DNA from: Candidatus Dormiibacterota bacterium
GTDB lineage: Bacteria; Chloroflexota; Dormibacteria; Aeolococcales; Aeolococcaceae
DNA length: 64,000 nucleotides
Assembly (NCBI GenBank): GCA_963718525.1
Contig: OY970355.1
Span: 128,001 to 192,000 of the forward strand
Direction of reading: 5' to 3'
The translations under genes were made by a program, and so were the position numbers. Numbering within the stretch: position 1 is the first letter of the stretch; each line of letters begins with the position of its first letter. Below the pieces are notes generated by a model. The model did not search any database. It had not been told where the DNA came from and saw nothing but the letters and a program-made list of their open reading frames with translations. Below, in pieces: positions 10,695-21,478 of this stretch.

Positions 10695-11135
10695 TCAGGA
10701 GTTCAATGCCACACCCATTTCGTAAGCGTCGATCGAGGTCGTCTCTTGGAAATCGACCGGCAGTCGGACTAGGAGTGCGGCCGCCCTCAGGGCAGCGTCC
10801 GCGATGTCACTGACTGAGACCGGAGCCGAAGGAACGGTTAGACGAGCGTACGGTGGATTCTTGGTCAGGCCCCAGTCGAAGCCGAAGATCCCCCGCCGCG
10901 CCGGCTCGATCCACGAAGAGTAGTCACAGTCCCCTTCTGGACTTCGGGCGCAAGGGCCAAGGACGGGGAGCATGTCGAGACGCTCAACGGCGGCGTCGAC
11001 TTCGGTCAAATGATCGGCAACAGCTTTCGGTATAGGGCCATAACCTCCGGAGCTGAATAGCCCGACGTGGCCGCGAAAATCTACGCCAAGCCAGTCAAGT
11101 TCGAGGCCTTGTCTAGGATGCGTGAATTGAGGCAT
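10695..11135 (-). CDS. hypothetical protein (cassette)
   Basis: DWLGVD..GHVGLFSSGG..RRGIFGFDW motif; flanked by sites. Confidence 0.7.
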   Translation of the reverse strand: MPQFTHPRQGLELDWLGVDFRGHVGLFSSGGYGPIPKAVADHLTEVDAAVERLDMLPVLGPCARSPEGDCDYSSWIEPARRGIFGFDWGLTKNPPYARLTVPSAPVSVSDIADAALRAAALLVRLPVDFQETTSIDAYEMGVALNS

Positions 11136-11191
11136 CAGCGAAGCTGATCCTGTCACAGAAGTGACGGCTTAAGGCACGATTCCTCTGCCAT

Positions 11192-11220
11192 CTCAAGGTA
11201 CATTTGCGGATGCTGGCCTG
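11192..11220 (+). repeat. cassette-boundary motif (near consensus)
   Basis: CTCAAGGTACATTTGCGGATGCTGGCCTG. Confidence 0.9.
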
Positions 11221-11252
11221 CGTCGCCGTCGCGTCCCTAGCCGAGAAGGTCA

Positions 11253-11969
11253 TCAGTCTACGGTCCAGTTCGTGCGAGACAAGTCTTGGAGTGATCCGGA
11301 CACACTATCGGCATGGGAATCCAGGGGCATTGGCTCCTCGATCGCCACGCGGATAGCCGACATTCCCAATTGTTTCGCGGGAGCGATGTCGAAGCACTCG
11401 GAGTTCCCGATCATCAGACACGCTTTGGAAGGGACCCCTGCTCGTTGCAGGGTCAGGTCGAAGAATCCTTTGCTCGGCTTGCGCCACCGAATATCGACTG
11501 ATGAGGCGACGACGTCAATTAGGCCGTCAAGCTCAAACGACCGAAAATCCGCCCAGTAATCGGCTTCGGTTCGCCAGATGGCGTTCGAGGCGATCACAAT
11601 CCTCGCGCGTCGCGCCTTGAGGACTGTTAGCAAAGCTCGTGCCCCCGGCAACAGGTGGGTAAAGGCCCTAGCCGGCAGGCAACTAGCCGAGCGGATTCTG
11701 TCAGCCTCGATGCCGGTAACGTTGGCGCAGCCCGTCGCCTCGTCAATTGCTTCCCACACATCGAAATACGAGGCGCCTACTGCTCGATCAATCACACGAT
11801 TAAGCTGCCTGCAAAGTTCGGCAGCTCGGTCCTCCGGGACACCCGCGCGGACCAAGCTTAGTCTCCATTCCGCGCTGTCTCGATCGACTGGGTTCAGCAC
11901 CGGCTGCGACCAGAGGGTTCCGCCCACGTCGACCCGTACGGCTCGCGGACCCGAGCTCGTGTCTTGCAA
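11253..11969 (-). CDS. HAD-superfamily hydrolase
   Basis: DVGGTL motif I, ASN, RKP, MIGNS..DI. Confidence 0.85.
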   Translation of the reverse strand: MQDTSSGPRAVRVDVGGTLWSQPVLNPVDRDSAEWRLSLVRAGVPEDRAAELCRQLNRVIDRAVGASYFDVWEAIDEATGCANVTGIEADRIRSASCLPARAFTHLLPGARALLTVLKARRARIVIASNAIWRTEADYWADFRSFELDGLIDVVASSVDIRWRKPSKGFFDLTLQRAGVPSKACLMIGNSECFDIAPAKQLGMSAIRVAIEEPMPLDSHADSVSGSLQDLSRTNWTVD

Positions 11970-12256
11970 GGATTTCAGCGATTCTAGTCACCTGCTCGGC
12001 GAGCGCGAATTCCTCGCTGGACCGCCTCGCCTCGCACGCCGCGGTCGCAACGCCGGGTACATTCCCGGACCCTGGCCTGAGCGACGGTGGTCGGCTTGGT
12101 GGGAGGAACGGCCGGGCCCCGCTCAAGGCTCTCGGCAACACACGCGGCTCAGCGGAAACCGCTCTTCAAACCGGAACGTGATGAGCTCGATCCCAAGCCC
12201 TTCCTGAGAGTGACCGTTACCTTCTGGCCCCCTGCCGGGGTCATATGTGCAGAACA

Positions 12257-12798
12257 TGGCAACGGACGAGCAGGAACTGCCCATGGGGAGGTCGGTCGGC
12301 GTGAGTTCCGAGGAGACCGCGAGCCACGACGAGGCGGCTTTCGAGAAGGCGCTCCTCGCCGCCCTACGACCGGCATTTCGAAGTCTCCGTGCCATCGGCC
12401 TGTCCGAAGAGGACGCTGCCGACGTACTGCAGGATGCCTCGATCCGTGCGTGGCGGCACCGCTCCCAGCGACAGGGTGACTTCGCGGCGTGGTTCATTGC
12501 CATCGCCTATCACGAGGCGCGGCGCCCGCACCGCCGCTGGCCCGCAATCCCGGTCCTATGGCAAGGAGCGAGGAGCTCATCGGAGCAGGAGTGGCGAAAC
12601 GATGACCTCGACCGCGCTCTGGCGCGGCTGCCGACGCGGCAGCGGACCGCGATCTCCCTGCGCTACGGCAGCGACCTGACGATTCTCGATGTCGCCCGCA
12701 CATTGCGCATCAGTGAGCCTGCAGCGAAGCAGTTGCTTGCTAGAGCACGCGAGTCACTCCGTCGAACGCTGTCATCGATTCCGAGAGGTGAGCCATGA
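12257..12798 (+). CDS. ECF sigma factor
   Basis: DAADVLQD..RAW, FAAW, LARLP.RQR..LRY, region-4 HTH. Confidence 0.9.
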
Positions 12799-14081
12799 GC
12801 GATGACTTCGATGTGATGTTGGGGACACTGAATTCCCGCCCCCTCACTCCGGCTGAAGAGGGCGCGCTCGCTCGGGTGGAGCTGTTCGTGTCTCGGCACG
12901 ACTTCGCGACGCCCCGACATCCGAGACTTGCGCTCGAGCTCCTCGTTGCCGGCGTCGTCGCCGCGGTGGCGATCACGTTGATCGTGGCGCTCACCCATCA
13001 TTCGGTTCCAACGCCAGCGCCCGCGGGCCACACTCCGGTGCCCATAGCCTCCGCAACCGCGAGCCCTCCCGCTCCAACGAGCCCGCGTCTGGGGCCGGCT
13101 ATTCCGTTGCGCATCACGCAGCAACTGAGCCTTGGCAGCTTCCAGGCCAACGCGATAACCGTTGGTCTGGGCAGCGTGTGGGTTGCAGCTCATAGTCCGG
13201 TATATGGGGACACGGGCAGACTTTTTCGCGTCGATGCGTCGTCGTCTCGCCAGACTGGATACTGGACGGTCGGGGGAGACCCGGAGGCGGTTTCGGCCGC
13301 CGGCAGCTACGTCTGGGTGGCCAACGGCTTCGGCGATGGTTCGCGCGTGTTGCCCGATCAGAACACGGTCATGCAGTTCAACGCTGTCACCGGAGCTCTG
13401 GTGCACGTGTATCGAATCACGAGCCCCATCGCCCTGGTGGCGAATGGAAGCGGCGTACTCGTCGTGTCCTCGCGTACGCAAAATGGTCCGACCGACATAT
13501 ATCTCCTGACCGCCGGACGGTCATCGCTCGTCGCGACCGTGGCGGGGATCTTGCAGGGTCCTTCGCTGTCGGCTGAGGCCGCACTCGCCGTCTGTGGTGG
13601 CCAGGTATACCTGGGCGTGAGCGAGCTGTCTGCGAGCGGACTTCAGACCATCAACATCTACGCGGTCCGCCTGGGCGGCGGACCTGTGCGGAGCCTCGCG
13701 ACGATTCAGCGTGCGTACTGGCCGGTGATGACATGCGATACCAACGCCCTCTACGTCTTCGATGGGGCCGGAGATCTTCCGGTGCTGGTGAGCCCTGTGG
13801 ACGGCAGGACGCGCACGATGCCCGAAGGGTCGGGCGCTTCGGCAGCCGCATTCGAATCCGGGTTCATCTGGCAATTGCACAACGCTTATGGTCCCTCGGG
13901 ATCGCAGGGATCGCAGGGATACCTGTCCGCGCTGGACCCGAACACTGGCCTGGAGTCATCGTCCCGCCTCGCGATTCCGGGCACTGCGTCGTCCGAGGTG
14001 TTCCTACTCGCCCCGGTTGCGTCCGGCTTGTGGGTCGTCGGCGGCAACGAGGCCCTGCTTCTGCACGTGACTTTCGGCTAG
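12795..14081 (+). CDS. putative anti-sigma factor: TM plus extracellular beta-propeller
   Basis: ATGA overlap with the sigma gene; TM, Pro linker, SVWVA repeats. Confidence 0.75.
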   Translation: MSDDFDVMLGTLNSRPLTPAEEGALARVELFVSRHDFATPRHPRLALELLVAGVVAAVAITLIVALTHHSVPTPAPAGHTPVPIASATASPPAPTSPRLGPAIPLRITQQLSLGSFQANAITVGLGSVWVAAHSPVYGDTGRLFRVDASSSRQTGYWTVGGDPEAVSAAGSYVWVANGFGDGSRVLPDQNTVMQFNAVTGALVHVYRITSPIALVANGSGVLVVSSRTQNGPTDIYLLTAGRSSLVATVAGILQGPSLSAEAALAVCGGQVYLGVSELSASGLQTINIYAVRLGGGPVRSLATIQRAYWPVMTCDTNALYVFDGAGDLPVLVSPVDGRTRTMPEGSGASAAAFESGFIWQLHNAYGPSGSQGSQGYLSALDPNTGLESSSRLAIPGTASSEVFLLAPVASGLWVVGGNEALLLHVTFG

Positions 14082-14347
14082 GCCTCCTGAATCCCAACGC
14101 GGCGGACCACGCGTCCACGCCATGATGGCTCACTGTCTCATCGAGTATCCGGCCGACTTTGATCATGCTCTGCGCCACAATTGACGACCTTGCTCCTAGC
14201 GATGACGCCGGGCATCGTCCGTCAGCACCGTCGTGGTATGCCCGTGAACCCTTTAGGTTGGCCCACGGCAACTCACGTCCTCGAGGTACATTCGCGGACC
14301 CTCGCCTGTGCCAGCGTTGCCTGCTTCACGCCTTCCGATAGGCGAAT

Positions 14348-14629
14348 CTAGGCAGTCTGCCGCTCAGCGAGCTCTTCAAAAAGGAATCGCGACACGTGTC
14401 GGGCGCCGCGAATGCTACTCGGTACGAATGCACGATCGACCGCGAAAATTACGCCACAGAGCCCGACCGACAACACGCACCCGACCACGCAACTCTCCCA
14501 CGCCGCGAAGCGGGGAGGCGTGAAGGTGCACAAATCACAGGGATATCTCATCGAAGCCATCCAGAGGCCAGCCACGATGCCGGCGGCGATCACCGCCACC
14601 CATTGCATTGCCGTCTGAGCGCTTCTCAC
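14348..14629 (-). CDS. small 2-TM protein with Cys-loop (paralog family A)
   Basis: GLW..CDLC..RFAAWESC, similar to the ORFs at 26529, 29045 and 37684. Confidence 0.65.
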   Translation of the reverse strand: MRSAQTAMQWVAVIAAGIVAGLWMASMRYPCDLCTFTPPRFAAWESCVVGCVLSVGLCGVIFAVDRAFVPSSIRGARHVSRFLFEELAERQTA

Positions 14630-14678
14630 GGACTGGAATATACCCGACCGTGTCCAGCGCGTCCCAGCCGCTTGGACG

Positions 14679-15010
14679 GTGTCAGACGCTCAAAGCCGAC
14701 TTGGGGGCGGCGACGACATCAACACCCGGCGTTGGATGTCGGAAGCGGACCTCGCCAATCGTCCCGAACTTGCACGAATCGCAGTGATGAAGCTCGCTCG
14801 TCAGTGGGGCCCGGCAGATTGGGCGCGGGGCCTCGCCGCCTTCGTTACCGCTGGCAAGAGCATTCCTGAGGCCTTCGCCGGCATCGCCGAAGTGGCGATG
14901 CGCCTGTCGCAACGACTGGGCGCCAGCCCGGCGGTCACCGCTGCGATGGGTCACGCTTACGCTCGTTGGGACGGCAAGGTGTTCGCCGATCTGCCGTGCG
15001 GCGATGGAAA
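14679..15010 (+). pseudogene. fragment of an HD-GYP-type protein
   Basis: EVAMRLSQRLG..HAYARWDGK; truncated. Confidence 0.55.
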
Positions 15011-15075
15011 CTTCGCGCTGAGGTCTGAGGTTCGTCACTCTCGTCTCAATTGCACCGGAAGGAACGCGTGGCAAG

Positions 15076-15645
15076 ATGGAACGCATGCGTGACCGACTTG
15101 CCCGATGGAGCCAGGCAACCATCTACCCTGACATGTGGGCTGACCCGAATGACGATCCCCGCAGCAGCGAAGGAGTCGGTGGCGACGGCGAGCTAGCGAC
15201 GCTGCAGGACTACCTGACGAGGTACCGGATGACCCTGCGGATGAAGTGCGAGGGCCTCTCTCCGGAACAACTGGCCCGTCGGTCGGTTCCGCCGTCGACG
15301 ATGTCGCTGCTGGGGCTGCTCCGCCACCTCACCGAAGTGGAACGGGATTGGCGCAACTGGATCAGCGACGGCGATTCGCTACCGAAGCTGTACGGCGAGC
15401 GGGACGCGGACTTCGAGGGTGCTGTTGCCGAACAGGCGGAGGTCGATGCTGCATACTCCGCTCTCGCGCGCGAGCAGGCCGGGACCGACGCCGTGCTGGC
15501 CCGACACCTGGATCTCAGCGAGCGTCTGGGGAAGGACGGAATCGCCGTTCGCGAGCTGATGGTGCACAGGATCGAGGAGTACGCCCGTCACTGCGGGCAC
15601 GCCGACCTCTTGCGCGAGTGTATCGACGGAAGGGTCGGCCAGTGA
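15076..15645 (+). CDS. DinB/DUF664 family protein
   Basis: SLLGLLRHLTEVER.W and EEYARHCGHADLLRE.IDG. Confidence 0.9.
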   Translation: MERMRDRLARWSQATIYPDMWADPNDDPRSSEGVGGDGELATLQDYLTRYRMTLRMKCEGLSPEQLARRSVPPSTMSLLGLLRHLTEVERDWRNWISDGDSLPKLYGERDADFEGAVAEQAEVDAAYSALAREQAGTDAVLARHLDLSERLGKDGIAVRELMVHRIEEYARHCGHADLLRECIDGRVGQ

Positions 15646-15765
15646 CGAGGCGCGCGCGTTGCACCTGCCGTCGGAGACGCACCAGGGACCTCGTAGCGGT
15701 CCAGCGTTGTCGGCGCAGCATATCGTCGCCATCCTTTGGGCGCTGCACAAGGCCAAGATGAGCGG

Positions 15766-16410
15766 GTGACTCAGATTCCAGTAGGCCCTCAAGGCCAAGG
15801 CCGAGCGGCCGTGCTGTTCGCAGTGATTTCATCCGCGCTGGCTGTATTCGCTGCGATCCTGCTTGCCACTGAGTTGAGCCAGCCCGCCTACATCATGCCC
15901 GCCTGGGTTGTCGTTGTCGCTGCGATCTGTGTCGTACTGACGATGATCGGGGGTGGTGCCGCAGCGCGCCGCCGCCGAGTAACCCCCTGGCTGGCACCAG
16001 TTATCACATCCGTTCTGCTCCTGGCGAGTCTTGAGGTGTTCATCGTCGCTGTCCCGCTTGCCCTGATATTGCTGGTGCTCGTCGCCGTTCCTTCGCTGCG
16101 CCGGGTCTTAGGTCGCATTCCCTTCGATCAAACGGTGGGCGCCCCGGGCCTCCTGCTCACTGTGGGGCTCGTTCCGCTCTTTCTCCTGATCTTCCTCGGC
16201 CGTCCTGTCGTGGAGTGCACTCCCGGTGGGGTTAGCAGCAGCATCCCGGTCTGGGCTTGGTTCGGCAATGGTGTGGTCGGCGGCCCCGTCGCCAGCTCTG
16301 CCTCCGCCTCATCCGATTCGATCGTCTCAAGGGGCACAGCAACAGTGGGCGGGACCACGTACTCATGGATCTGCCGCGGCAGCACCGTTCAATTCAGTCC
16401 GCACGTGTAA
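15766..16410 (+). CDS. membrane protein
   Basis: About 5 TM segments plus a Cys-containing C-terminal domain. Confidence 0.65.
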   Translation: MTQIPVGPQGQGRAAVLFAVISSALAVFAAILLATELSQPAYIMPAWVVVVAAICVVLTMIGGGAAARRRRVTPWLAPVITSVLLLASLEVFIVAVPLALILLVLVAVPSLRRVLGRIPFDQTVGAPGLLLTVGLVPLFLLIFLGRPVVECTPGGVSSSIPVWAWFGNGVVGGPVASSASASSDSIVSRGTATVGGTTYSWICRGSTVQFSPHV

Positions 16411-16654
16411 TCACGGGCGGACACATGAGACCTCGCGTCCTCCAGCGACATGAGCGAATGCTCGCTTGCCCAAGCGCCACGACATGTGGCAACCGGCCGG
16501 CCGAATCTGCTCGCTCCCGGGAGTCCCCTTGACGTGGCGAGGCGGGACCGCTGACGCCGGCCCTGAGCATCCCTCAGCCCGTCTCAACCGCCTTGGTCGC
16601 CCGTGATCCCGCCGACGAGGCGCCGTCAGAACACGCGGTTGATAGATTCGCCAC

Positions 16655-17375
16655 ATGCCTGGCTTCAGCAGCGTCACCGGCTGGCTCCTCGACTCGGATC
16701 CGTCGATCCGTTGGCAGGTGATGCGCGATCTGCTCGACACCCAGGAGTCCGAGTGGCGCGCGGAGCGGTCCAAAGTGGAAACCGAAGGCTGGGGAGCCAA
16801 GCTCCTCTCCCACGAGGACGCAGATGGGCAATGGGCAGGGGGTGCCTTTCTCCCCAGTGATTTCGACGCCCGCGAGTGGGAGGAGGTGGGGCAGCCGTGG
16901 ACGGCCACGACTTTCTCGCTATCGCAGCTTCGCGAGTTCGGCCTCGATCCCTCCTCGGCCCGAGCTCAACGAGCCGTCGCCCTGATCGGGGCCAACTCAC
17001 GCTGGGATGAGGGCGGCCAGCCCTACTGGGAAGGCGAAGTCGAGGAGTGGCGAGGAATATCTGTTGGAGCGCAAGCTATTTCGCCGTCTCAGTACTGGCG
17101 AAGTAGCCGACGAAAGGTTTCTCCAGTTGTTGCATCCAAACCGATGGCGCTACGACATCCTGCGAGCGCTCAACTACTTCTGGTCGGCCGCCGCTCTCAC
17201 CAGTGCCGCGCCAGACCCAAGGCTCGGCGAAGCAATCGACCACGTTCGTCGCAAACGCCTGGAGGAAGGCGCCTGGCCCCTCGACTGGAGTCTGAACGGC
17301 CGCGTCTGGTTCGAAGTGGACGGACAACCTAGCGAGCCTTCTCGCTGGCTGACTCTGAGGCGATGCGAGTTCTGA
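16655..17375 (+). pseudogene. prenyltransferase/squalene-cyclase-repeat family protein with internal deletion
   Basis: WLLDSDPSIRWQVMRDL..WEGEVEE in one frame, GEEYLLERKLFRR..PSRWLTLR in another; junction near 17041-17056. Confidence 0.75.
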
Positions 17376-17499
17376 GATGGTGGGAGACGAAGCCGGGATC
17401 CCCCGTACGCCCGCAGCGACCGGGGCGTGCGCCTTCCTGACTGTCACAACCTGGTGCGCCGAAGGTGGCCGGCCAGTTCCGGCGAATATGGTCGAGGGC

Positions 17500-17961
17500 A
17501 TGCGAAAGGGACTGCCACTTCTCCTGACGGTCTCGTGCATTCTCGTAGGCGTTCAGGCGGCATCATTCCTCGCCTTCGCGGCATTTGGACTGACCCTGGC
17601 CACTAGTCAGCGCATGCTGATCGATGAGATCAGCGGAAGCGCACAGGGAGGATTGCCGTCTCTTACGATCGCTATCGGTTCGGGTGTGATTGGCCTCTTG
17701 CTGGCCGGACTGATCGTGATGCTGGCCCGTCGATCGCGCCTCGGCCGTTGGTTGACCGCGGCGCTCGAGTTGCTCATGCTCCTGTGCGGGCTTGTGTTAT
17801 TTCCCGAGAACATGGCGATCGGTTTCTTTGATCCGATCAGCCTTTGGTTCACTGCGGCCACCGCGGCAGCCGCCTTGATCCTCTTCAGTCTTATCGTCAA
17901 TCGCGGCGTGCGCAGGTACTTCACGTTTAGGAGCGCAACTGCGGCCTCACTTAGCCCCTAG
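17500..17961 (+). CDS. 4-TM membrane protein
   Basis: Hydrophobic ORF ending VRRYF. Confidence 0.65.
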   Translation: MRKGLPLLLTVSCILVGVQAASFLAFAAFGLTLATSQRMLIDEISGSAQGGLPSLTIAIGSGVIGLLLAGLIVMLARRSRLGRWLTAALELLMLLCGLVLFPENMAIGFFDPISLWFTAATAAAALILFSLIVNRGVRRYFTFRSATAASLSP

Positions 17962-18011
17962 TCGCCTCCTGCAGACACTCATCGACCTGGAGCCGCTCAA
18001 GGCACATTCGG

Positions 18012-18395
18012 CTAGGCCTGCTCGGGAAGAGGGATCGAATGCCACAGCACCAGCTTCCAGGCGCCGCCGTCGCGACGGAGAATCAGCGTGGTCGGAGCCG
18101 AGATGTGCTGCGGGGTGCCGTGCATCGTGTAGTCCTGATCGATCCAACAGGTGAGCAGCCCTATGTCCCCCCAAATGCGCTCCTCCGCATCTCGAAGTTG
18201 CGTTTCCACATGACTCACTGCGGGCATCAGCTCGCGAAGGAAACTGGCTACGTCGCCTCTGCCGCGCAGCCAGCGTCGCGAGCCCTCGTCGACACTCTGG
18301 ACGTCCTCCGTCAACATCTGCATCATCCGATCAGCATCCAAGGCATCAAGCGCCGCGAAGAAGTCGGTTGCGACACTATTCAGTTCGTCTGGCAT
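18012..18395 (-). CDS. SnoaL/NTF2-like protein
   Basis: FFAALDALD, T.ILRR.GG.WKLV.WHS. Confidence 0.8.
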   Translation of the reverse strand: MPDELNSVATDFFAALDALDADRMMQMLTEDVQSVDEGSRRWLRGRGDVASFLRELMPAVSHVETQLRDAEERIWGDIGLLTCWIDQDYTMHGTPQHISAPTTLILRRDGGAWKLVLWHSIPLPEQA

Positions 18396-18590
18396 CAAAC
18401 GGTTCCTCCATGGTGGTCGGCGGTTGCGAAGTGTCCATGTATCGGCATCGCCTGTCAATAGTGCTCGATGGTGGCGACTGCCATGACAGGCGACGACCTC
18501 CGGCATGACCGCGGGGCGAGCCACTCGGGCGGTCGCCGCCCGGGAGGTCGGCCCTGGTCGCGCGGCTATCGGGGCCTTCGGCCCAACGTC

Positions 18591-18857
18591 ATGCTTGGTA
18601 CTGTGCGGCATGCAACGCAGGAAGACCTTGATCAGGTCGAGCCACTACTGGTGGAGCTCCGCAAGCTTCCCCAGTTGCGAGAGCGCAAGCGTGGTTCCTT
18701 CTCGAGGGGCTCCCGGCCGTTTCTTCACTTCCACGAAGACGGCGGCGAGCTTTACGTCGACGTGAGACTCGACGGCGCGTTCCGTCGCGCGAAAGTCACC
18801 AGCGGCAAGGACCAGGCCGATCTCCTCGCACGTGTGCGCGGGGAGCCACTGGAGTGA
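18591..18857 (+). CDS. conserved hypothetical protein
   Basis: LRERKRGSF..FLHFHED..LYVDVR. Confidence 0.7.
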   Translation: MLGTVRHATQEDLDQVEPLLVELRKLPQLRERKRGSFSRGSRPFLHFHEDGGELYVDVRLDGAFRRAKVTSGKDQADLLARVRGEPLE

Positions 18858-18869
18858 TATCACTGACCG

Positions 18870-19859
18870 ATGGTGGCCGAAACGATGACCGGTGTCCGTG
18901 AAGAGCAACCATCCGGCAAGCCCCCGGCACTGATTGTCGACCACCTCACCAAACGCTTCGGCGACCGCATCGCGTTCGACGACGTTTCGTTCTCTGTGGC
19001 ACAGGGCGAGGTGTTCGGGTTCCTGGGACCCAACGGGGCCGGGAAGACGACCACGGTTCGCACCCTGGGGACGCTGATCGCACCAACGTCGGGCTCGGCG
19101 AGTGTCGCCGGCATTCCGTTGACCTCGGACAACGGGCCGGAGATCCGCCAGCGCATTGCGATCATGCCGGAAAACCCGGGCCTGTACCGGCGTCTCACGG
19201 TGATGGAGAACCTCCAACTCTTTGCCGGTCTCTACGAGCAGCACAACGCGGCTGCTCGGATCGGCGAGGCACTCGAAGCGGTCAACCTGACAGCGCGTGC
19301 ACACGATCTGTGCGGAAGTCTTTCCAAGGGACTGCTGCAACGGGTTGGACTGGCTCGGGCGTTGCTCAACGACCCTGCGGTCATGTTTCTCGACGAGCCA
19401 ACGTCCGGGTTGGATCCCGTCGCGACGCGTGAGGTGAACGACCTCATCAACGGACTCCGCCAGCGCGGGGTCACGGTGTTCCTCACCACCCACCGCCTCG
19501 AGGAGGCGGAGCGGCTGTGTGACCGCGTCGCGATCCTCAACACCACGCTCCGCCTGGTGGGGCGGCCCGACGAGCTCCGTGAGCGGCTTTTCAGCCGCTC
19601 GCTGGTTGTCGAGACGTTACATCCGCTCGGCGCGCCAGATGACGTCTTCAACAGCACCGACGGCGTCGAGAGCTGGCGAACCGATGGACCGAGCAGTTAT
19701 GTGCTGAGTGTCACCGATCCAAGGAAGATCGCCCCGCAGGTGGCCCGAGCACTCGTTGCCGCGGGTGCCGACGTGGTCTCGATCAGCGAGTCGCGTCACT
19801 CCCTCGAGGATGTCTACCTGCAGTTGATCGACGACGACCCGGAGGCATCACCTCGATGA
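18870..19859 (+). CDS. ABC transporter ATP-binding protein
   Basis: GPNGAGKTT, LSKG, FLDEPTSGLDP, TTH. Confidence 0.95.
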   Translation: MVAETMTGVREEQPSGKPPALIVDHLTKRFGDRIAFDDVSFSVAQGEVFGFLGPNGAGKTTTVRTLGTLIAPTSGSASVAGIPLTSDNGPEIRQRIAIMPENPGLYRRLTVMENLQLFAGLYEQHNAAARIGEALEAVNLTARAHDLCGSLSKGLLQRVGLARALLNDPAVMFLDEPTSGLDPVATREVNDLINGLRQRGVTVFLTTHRLEEAERLCDRVAILNTTLRLVGRPDELRERLFSRSLVVETLHPLGAPDDVFNSTDGVESWRTDGPSSYVLSVTDPRKIAPQVARALVAAGADVVSISESRHSLEDVYLQLIDDDPEASPR

Positions 19860-20677
19860 AGTTCAGCTTCAGACGTCTGGGGGCGGTGCTGCGCAAAGAG
19901 CTCCGAGAATACCGGCGCAGCCCCTTCATCCTCGTGACCATGGCGGTGCTCCCGCTCGTGTTTCTTATCGAACCCTTGTTGACCATCTTTCGCATCGGCC
20001 CGTTGGTCGCGGCTAGTACGGTGGATAAGGCCGTCAGCGCCACGTTTCTCGTACTGCTGATTGCGCCTGCTTTGCTGCCCGCTGTCATTGCCTCGTACTC
20101 CGTGGTCGGCGAGCGCGAGCAAGGCACCCTCGAACCCCTGTTGACCACCCCGCTGCGTCGCGAGGAGCTGCTGCTGGGCAAGGCGATCGGCGTGGTTGTT
20201 CCCGCGGTCGGTATCGCCTATGTGCTCTTCGCGATCATCCAAATCTGCGCCCAACTCTTCGCGAGCAATCCGGAAGTGGTGTCAGCTCTGGGACAAGGCC
20301 CACATATCGCGGCGGAGATTCTCTTCGCACCGCTGCTGGCGGGTTGGTCGATCTGGGTGGGCATCGGCATCTCGACGCGAGCGAGCGACGTTCGTGTCGC
20401 GCAGCAGTTGGGGACGTTGTCGAGCCTGCCGCCGCTCGCGGTCGTGGCCTTGGTGTCCTTCAACGTCTTCACTCCGAGCGTCACGCTCGCGGTGGTGTTC
20501 GCGCTTGTCCTCTTCGCGGCCGACGTCATTCTGTTTCGCTTCGTCGCGGCCCTGTTCGATCGCGAGCGGCTCATCACCGGCGCGTCGGCGCATCGAGGGC
20601 CGAGCGGCGGCGGTCAGGGCCCACCCTCCGGTGCGGTTCGACGGATACCACGCATGACAGGTAGCGGCGATGGGTGA
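19856..20677 (+). CDS. ABC-2 type permease
   Basis: GEREQGTLEPLLTTP; TM helices; overlaps the ATPase gene. Confidence 0.9.
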   Translation: MKFSFRRLGAVLRKELREYRRSPFILVTMAVLPLVFLIEPLLTIFRIGPLVAASTVDKAVSATFLVLLIAPALLPAVIASYSVVGEREQGTLEPLLTTPLRREELLLGKAIGVVVPAVGIAYVLFAIIQICAQLFASNPEVVSALGQGPHIAAEILFAPLLAGWSIWVGIGISTRASDVRVAQQLGTLSSLPPLAVVALVSFNVFTPSVTLAVVFALVLFAADVILFRFVAALFDRERLITGASAHRGPSGGGQGPPSGAVRRIPRMTGSGDG

Positions 20678-21198
20678 CGGCACCGGTGATCCTGCCCAAG
20701 ATCCGCGATCCGCGGTTCATCACAGTGCGTCGCGGCGGGATCCTCCAAGATGACGATCATCGCCTTCTCGCGATATGGGCGGCTGACTGCGCGGAGCATG
20801 TGCTGAAGCACTTCGAGCAGGCACGACCGAAGGACGATCGTCCGCGGCGGGCGATCGTCCTCGGGCGTGCCTGGGCGCGGGGTGAGATCACGTGGCAAGA
20901 GGCCCGCACCGCGGCTGGTCACGCAAACGCCGCGGCCAGGAAGCTGAGTGGTACAGCACGGTATGCCGCGTACGCTGCCGGCCAGGCCGCTGCGGTGGGC
21001 CATGTCGCAGCCCACGAACTCGGAGCCGCGGCGTACGCGATCAGGGCGGCGCGAGCGGCCGCGACTGACGACGACCGCGTCGAGGCAGGCCGTTTGGAGT
21101 GCCAGTGGCAGCGCGCTCGACTCCCCGACGAGATCCGAGAACTTGTGCTTGACGACCAGCGGCTGCGCAACGAGTTGTGCTGGTTTGCCTTCGACTGA
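20674..21198 (+). CDS. Imm5-like putative immunity protein
   Basis: WAADCAEHVL..DDRPR.AI..AAGQAAAVGHV.AH. Confidence 0.8.
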   Translation: MTAPVILPKIRDPRFITVRRGGILQDDDHRLLAIWAADCAEHVLKHFEQARPKDDRPRRAIVLGRAWARGEITWQEARTAAGHANAAARKLSGTARYAAYAAGQAAAVGHVAAHELGAAAYAIRAARAAATDDDRVEAGRLECQWQRARLPDEIRELVLDDQRLRNELCWFAFD

Positions 21199-21478
21199 CA
21201 CGGCGTTGGCGGGGCGCGTGTCGCGGGTTTGTGGAGAGAATGCTCGCCTGGGCAGGCGCTTTCTTGTTAGAGGCTCTCGATTCGGGTCGGACCGCATCAC
21301 CGATGCGGACGCCCGCCAGGATCGCGACCGTCTGCAGGTCCGACGGCTAGCGCTCCCAGCACCTCCTGACCTGGGTACAGTAGCGACCACTCGGAGCCTC
21401 GGGCATTGCCAAACCATCCCGCGACAGGGCAGATGACATCAGGCGGAGCCACACCATGGAGCACCATTTCGTATCACC

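Noticed and set aside
13898-13920. 9-bp tandem repeat GGGATCGCA
   Set aside because: A simple in-frame duplication (GSQGSQG) with no further significance.
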